A stretch of DNA of 64,000 nt from Gaiellaceae bacterium (lineage in GTDB: Bacteria > Actinomycetota > Thermoleophilia > Gaiellales > Gaiellaceae): positions 79,979 to 143,978 of the forward strand of contig DASRBY010000029.1 of the NCBI GenBank assembly GCA_035653435.1, in the 5' to 3' direction. The notes below the pieces were generated by a model. It was not told the origin of the DNA, made no database searches, and saw only the letters and a program-made list of their open reading frames with translations. This document shows, piece by piece, positions 61,205-64,000 of this stretch. The position numbers and the translations under genes were made by a program. How positions within the stretch are numbered: the stretch's first letter is position 1; each line of letters begins with the position of its first letter.

Positions 61205-61738
61205 ATGGGCCGCGACCTGCAAGATGGAGCCATGGACCGGGCCGAGCTGCAGGCGGTGCAGAAGCCGCTCAAGGACCGCTATCGCGAGGAGCCCGCAGCG
61301 GCGCTCGTCACGCTCCGGGCCGACGGGCAGCTCGACGAGGAGCAGATCGCGTGCAGGGTCGAGACCGGCCGCGCGCTCGTCGAGGCCGGGCTCCATCCCG
61401 CGACCGGGGGCACGGGCGCGCTCGCCTGCTCCGGCGACATGCTCCTCGAAGCGCTCGTCGCCTGCGCCGGCGTGACCCTCCGCTCGGTCGCCACCTCGAT
61501 GGAGCTCGACGTCTCGGGCAGCGTTCACGCGGAAGGCGACCTCGACTTCCGCGGCACGCTCGGGGTCGACCGCGAGGCCCCGGTCGGGTTCGCCGCGATC
61601 CGGCTCCGGTTCGACCTCGCCTCGGACGCGTCGAAGGAGGAGCTCGACAAGCTGCTCGAACGGACCGAGCGCTATTGCGTCGTCTTCCAGACGCTCGCCG
61701 GCGGCGTCCCGGTCGAGATCACCTACTCGAGCTCGTAG
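61205..61738 (+). CDS. OsmC family peroxiredoxin-like protein
   Basis: It has the OsmC fold pattern with two conserved Cys regions (GALACSGDMLLEALVACAG and RYCVVFQT). An alternative start is the ATG at 61232. Confidence 0.8.
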   Translation: MGRDLQDGAMDRAELQAVQKPLKDRYREEPAAALVTLRADGQLDEEQIACRVETGRALVEAGLHPATGGTGALACSGDMLLEALVACAGVTLRSVATSMELDVSGSVHAEGDLDFRGTLGVDREAPVGFAAIRLRFDLASDASKEELDKLLERTERYCVVFQTLAGGVPVEITYSSS

Positions 61739-62232
61739 GCCATCAGGATCGCGTCGACGTATTCGCCGCCACGGCGGTAGTGCCGCTTGCGATACCCCTC
61801 GCGCTCGAAGCCGAACGTTTCGTAGAGCGCGATCGCGGCCTCGTTCCAGGGGAAGACGTGCAGCTCGAGCTTGCGGACGCCCGCCGCGCGAGCCCAGTCG
61901 ACGGCCGCCTGCAGGAGCGCCGTGCCCACCCCTTGCCTGCGCGCGTCGCGCGCGACCATCAGGCCGACGTCGGCGACGTGACTGCTCGCCGGATGCGGGT
62001 CGCGGCCGACCGAGAGCCTGCCCACGAGCGTCCCGTCGTCGCGCTCCGCAACGAGCACCGCCGCGTGCGCGTAGCGGCGTAGCGCCTTGAGGAAGCGGCG
62101 CTCGTCGCCTGCGCTCCGCCACTCCCCCGCGATGCTGATGAGCCAGCCCTCGGGCTCGGCGCTGACCGCGTCGGCGAGCCGGGTCAGCTGCTCGGCGTCG
62201 GCCGGATCGGCACGACGGATCCGGAAGCTCAC
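61723..62232 (-). CDS. GNAT family N-acetyltransferase
   Basis: It has motif A (RRQGVGTALLQAAVDWA) and ALYETFGF. The GTG start overlaps the upstream stop (GTGA). Confidence 0.85.
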   Translation of the reverse strand: MSFRIRRADPADAEQLTRLADAVSAEPEGWLISIAGEWRSAGDERRFLKALRRYAHAAVLVAERDDGTLVGRLSVGRDPHPASSHVADVGLMVARDARRQGVGTALLQAAVDWARAAGVRKLELHVFPWNEAAIALYETFGFEREGYRKRHYRRGGEYVDAILMAYELE

Positions 62233-63611
62233 GCGTCGACCACCACGGCAGCACCGCCGCGCCGCGGATCGCCCGCGGCCGCGAGCGAGCCGTCATCCCC
62301 GATCTCGACCGCGGAGACTCCGCCGAAGAAGAGGTTCTGCTCCTGCCAGCGGACGACGGTGTAGCCGCCGGCCTCGAGTTCGTCCGCCACAGCCGGATCC
62401 TCGCAGTGGGCGATACCGGCCTCGACATGGATCCGAGGCGCGTCGACCGCCTGCACCACGCCCAGGCCGCGTGCCGCGACGTTCGCCACGATCTGGAGCA
62501 TCGCGCCGTGCAGCCGTCTGCTGCCTGCCGAGCCGACGACGAGCCGCGGCCTGCCGTCGCGCAGCAACACGGACGGCGCCATGAGGGAGATCACCCGCTC
62601 GCCCGGCCGCTCCTCGCCCGCGAGATGCGTCTCCCCCAGCATGTTGTTGAGCGCGAGGCCGGTGCCGGGGACGACGACTCCGCTCGCAGAGCCGAGGGAG
62701 CAGGACAGCGAAGCAGCATTTCCGTGGCCGTCGACGACGCTGATGTGCGTCGTCCCGCCGGCGGCCTCGGCATTTCGCGCGGCCTCCTGAGCCTCCATCG
62801 CCCTGGCCATGGCGAGCGGCGTCGCCTCCGCATCGCCGAGCGACTCGAGCCCGACCGCGAGCAGGGAACCGCCCCGCGACGGCGGCGGGTTCGTCCTCAG
62901 CTCGTCGCCGCGGTAGCGCACCTCGAGCGGTTCCCGCTCGATCACCCGATAGCGGGCGAGATCGTCGACGGTGATCGGCACGTGCGCGGCGATTCGCTCG
63001 GCGAGCTCGCCTCGGTAGAGACAGCCTGCACCTTCGGCGGCGATCCGGTCGAGCGTGGCGGCGAGCTCCGGAGCCGCGAATCGCTCTCCCACCTCGAGCG
63101 GACGACCCGGCCCGTAGAGCGCATCGCCCTCGGGGGAGTGGCGCAGCAGCGGGTCGAGGATCCGGTGGAGATAGGCGTGCGGCTCGTCGAGCACGACACC
63201 TTCGCGCGCGAGGCGCGCCGCCGGTGCGAGCAGCTCCGCCCACGGCACCGAGCCCCAGCGGGCGTGAGCCTCCCCGACCCCGAGAGCGACGCCCGGCACC
63301 GCCACCGAGGCCGCCCCGGAGTAGAAGACCTGCTGGTAGTCGCCGAAGTCGACGACGAGCTCGAGCAGCTCCGTGGTTGGAGCCGGCCGCAGCGGCACTG
63401 CCACGAAGAAGTCGAGGAGATGCGTCCGTCCCTCGTCGGACCGATGCACGAGCAGGAAGCCGCCGCCGCCCGGGCCGGTGAGGGGGCTCTCGCACACCCA
63501 CGACACGGCAGCCGCGGCTATGCACGCGTCGACGGCGTTGCCGCCCGCGCGGAGAACCTCCGCTCCCGCCTCGGCCGTCAACAAATGCCCCGCTGCCACT
63601 GCGCCTCTCAT
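62229..63611 (-). CDS. gamma-glutamyltransferase family protein (no signal peptide)
   Basis: It has N-terminal AGGNAVDA, the autoprocessing and nucleophile region GGTTHISVVD, and C-terminal GDPRRGG. Confidence 0.88.
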   Translation of the reverse strand: MRGAVAAGHLLTAEAGAEVLRAGGNAVDACIAAAAVSWVCESPLTGPGGGGFLLVHRSDEGRTHLLDFFVAVPLRPAPTTELLELVVDFGDYQQVFYSGAASVAVPGVALGVGEAHARWGSVPWAELLAPAARLAREGVVLDEPHAYLHRILDPLLRHSPEGDALYGPGRPLEVGERFAAPELAATLDRIAAEGAGCLYRGELAERIAAHVPITVDDLARYRVIEREPLEVRYRGDELRTNPPPSRGGSLLAVGLESLGDAEATPLAMARAMEAQEAARNAEAAGGTTHISVVDGHGNAASLSCSLGSASGVVVPGTGLALNNMLGETHLAGEERPGERVISLMAPSVLLRDGRPRLVVGSAGSRRLHGAMLQIVANVAARGLGVVQAVDAPRIHVEAGIAHCEDPAVADELEAGGYTVVRWQEQNLFFGGVSAVEIGDDGSLAAAGDPRRGGAAVVVDA

Positions 63612-63634
63612 CCGGCGAGCGTACGCTTCCGCGA

Positions 63635-64000
63635 ATGGCCGAGGTGTCCTACGCCGGCGCGGGTCGCGCGTCCTGGCGGCGGCTGCCGATTCCTCGCGAG
63701 GCCGTCTTCTGCACCGCGCTCGCGACAGCCGCCGCGTCGTTGCTCGTGTGGCTCGCGCCGCCCAGCGGAGACTTCGCGGCGCACGAGTACCAGCGCTCCC
63801 TCTTCCTCGTCCACGGCTTCGCGCTCTGGGACAACTTCTGGTACGCCGGGCGCTACGCCTTCGTGGGCTACAGCACCCTGTACTACCCGCTCGCGGCCGT
63901 GCTCGGGATCCGGGTGCTCGCGGTGCTCACCATCGCGGTCGCCGCCGGTGCCTTCGCGGTGCTGCTGGAACGCGAGTGGGGATCTGCAGCACGCTGGGCG
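63635..64000 (+). CDS. integral membrane protein, N-terminal part (3' end lies outside the window)
   Basis: The frame from the ATG at 63635 is open to the window end (122 codons). It has hydrophobic helices and a ...HEYQRSLFLVHGFALWDNFWYAGRY... loop, with GC3-rich codons. It is not in the ORF track because no stop lies in the window. Confidence 0.55.
   Translation, partial: MAEVSYAGAGRASWRRLPIPREAVFCTALATAAASLLVWLAPPSGDFAAHEYQRSLFLVHGFALWDNFWYAGRYAFVGYSTLYYPLAAVLGIRVLAVLTIAVAAGAFAVLLEREWGSAARWA

Noticed and set aside
1-64000. Search for tRNA/rRNA genes, CRISPR arrays, IS elements, integrases, prophage or defence islands
   Set aside because: No intergenic gap exceeds about 105 nt, and I noticed no repeat-spacer periodicity, terminal inverted repeats, or transposase, integrase, restriction, Cas or toxin-like products among the credible ORFs. 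The window looks like conserved core chromosome. A tRNAscan/Infernal run would be needed to exclude small RNAs embedded in or antisense to coding sequence.

Overview
This is a GC-rich, gene-dense bacterial chromosomal segment with a strong G/C bias at third codon positions. Gene content and order resemble the core housekeeping region of a high-GC Gram-positive (Actinomycetota-like) organism, but I cannot verify taxonomy without a database. The main blocks are yceD-rpmF-plsX-acpP-rnc...smc-ftsY, rsmD-coaD, asp23-DAK2-degV-recG, def-fmt-rsmB-rpe-ribD-ribE-ribBA-ribH, priA, metK, gpsA-der-plsC-cmk-aroA-DAHP synthase, scpAB-lgt and dnaE. I call 75 protein-coding features, about 70% of them on the minus strand, plus two candidate operators and one hairpin cluster. 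I saw no rRNA, tRNA, CRISPR array, transposase, integrase or phage genes. Product calls come from motifs read by eye in the supplied translations. Many long Arg/Ala/Pro/Gly-rich ORFs in the track are alternative-frame or antisense shadows of real genes, and I rejected them. The most interesting observations are: (1) a translationally coupled operon in which a UDP-sulfoquinovose synthase (SqdB/SQD1-like) is followed by a GtrB/ArnC-like GT2, a flippase-like UPF0104 membrane protein and a GT-C-like polytopic glycosyltransferase. This suggests a lipid-carrier route for extracytoplasmic sulfoquinovosylation. (2) rnc has no ATG, GTG or TTG start anywhere upstream of its catalytic motif. It and one other gene sit at GTAG junctions that mimic the roughly 15 GTGA stop/start overlaps elsewhere in the window. 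(3) A CheY-like receiver gene is embedded between FakA-like and FakB/DegV-like fatty-acid-kinase genes. (4) A PadR regulator is coupled to a membrane protein with an extracytoplasmic PASTA-like domain. (5) There is a five-gene DUF4129/MoxR/DUF58 membrane module. Start codons are less certain than stop codons throughout.
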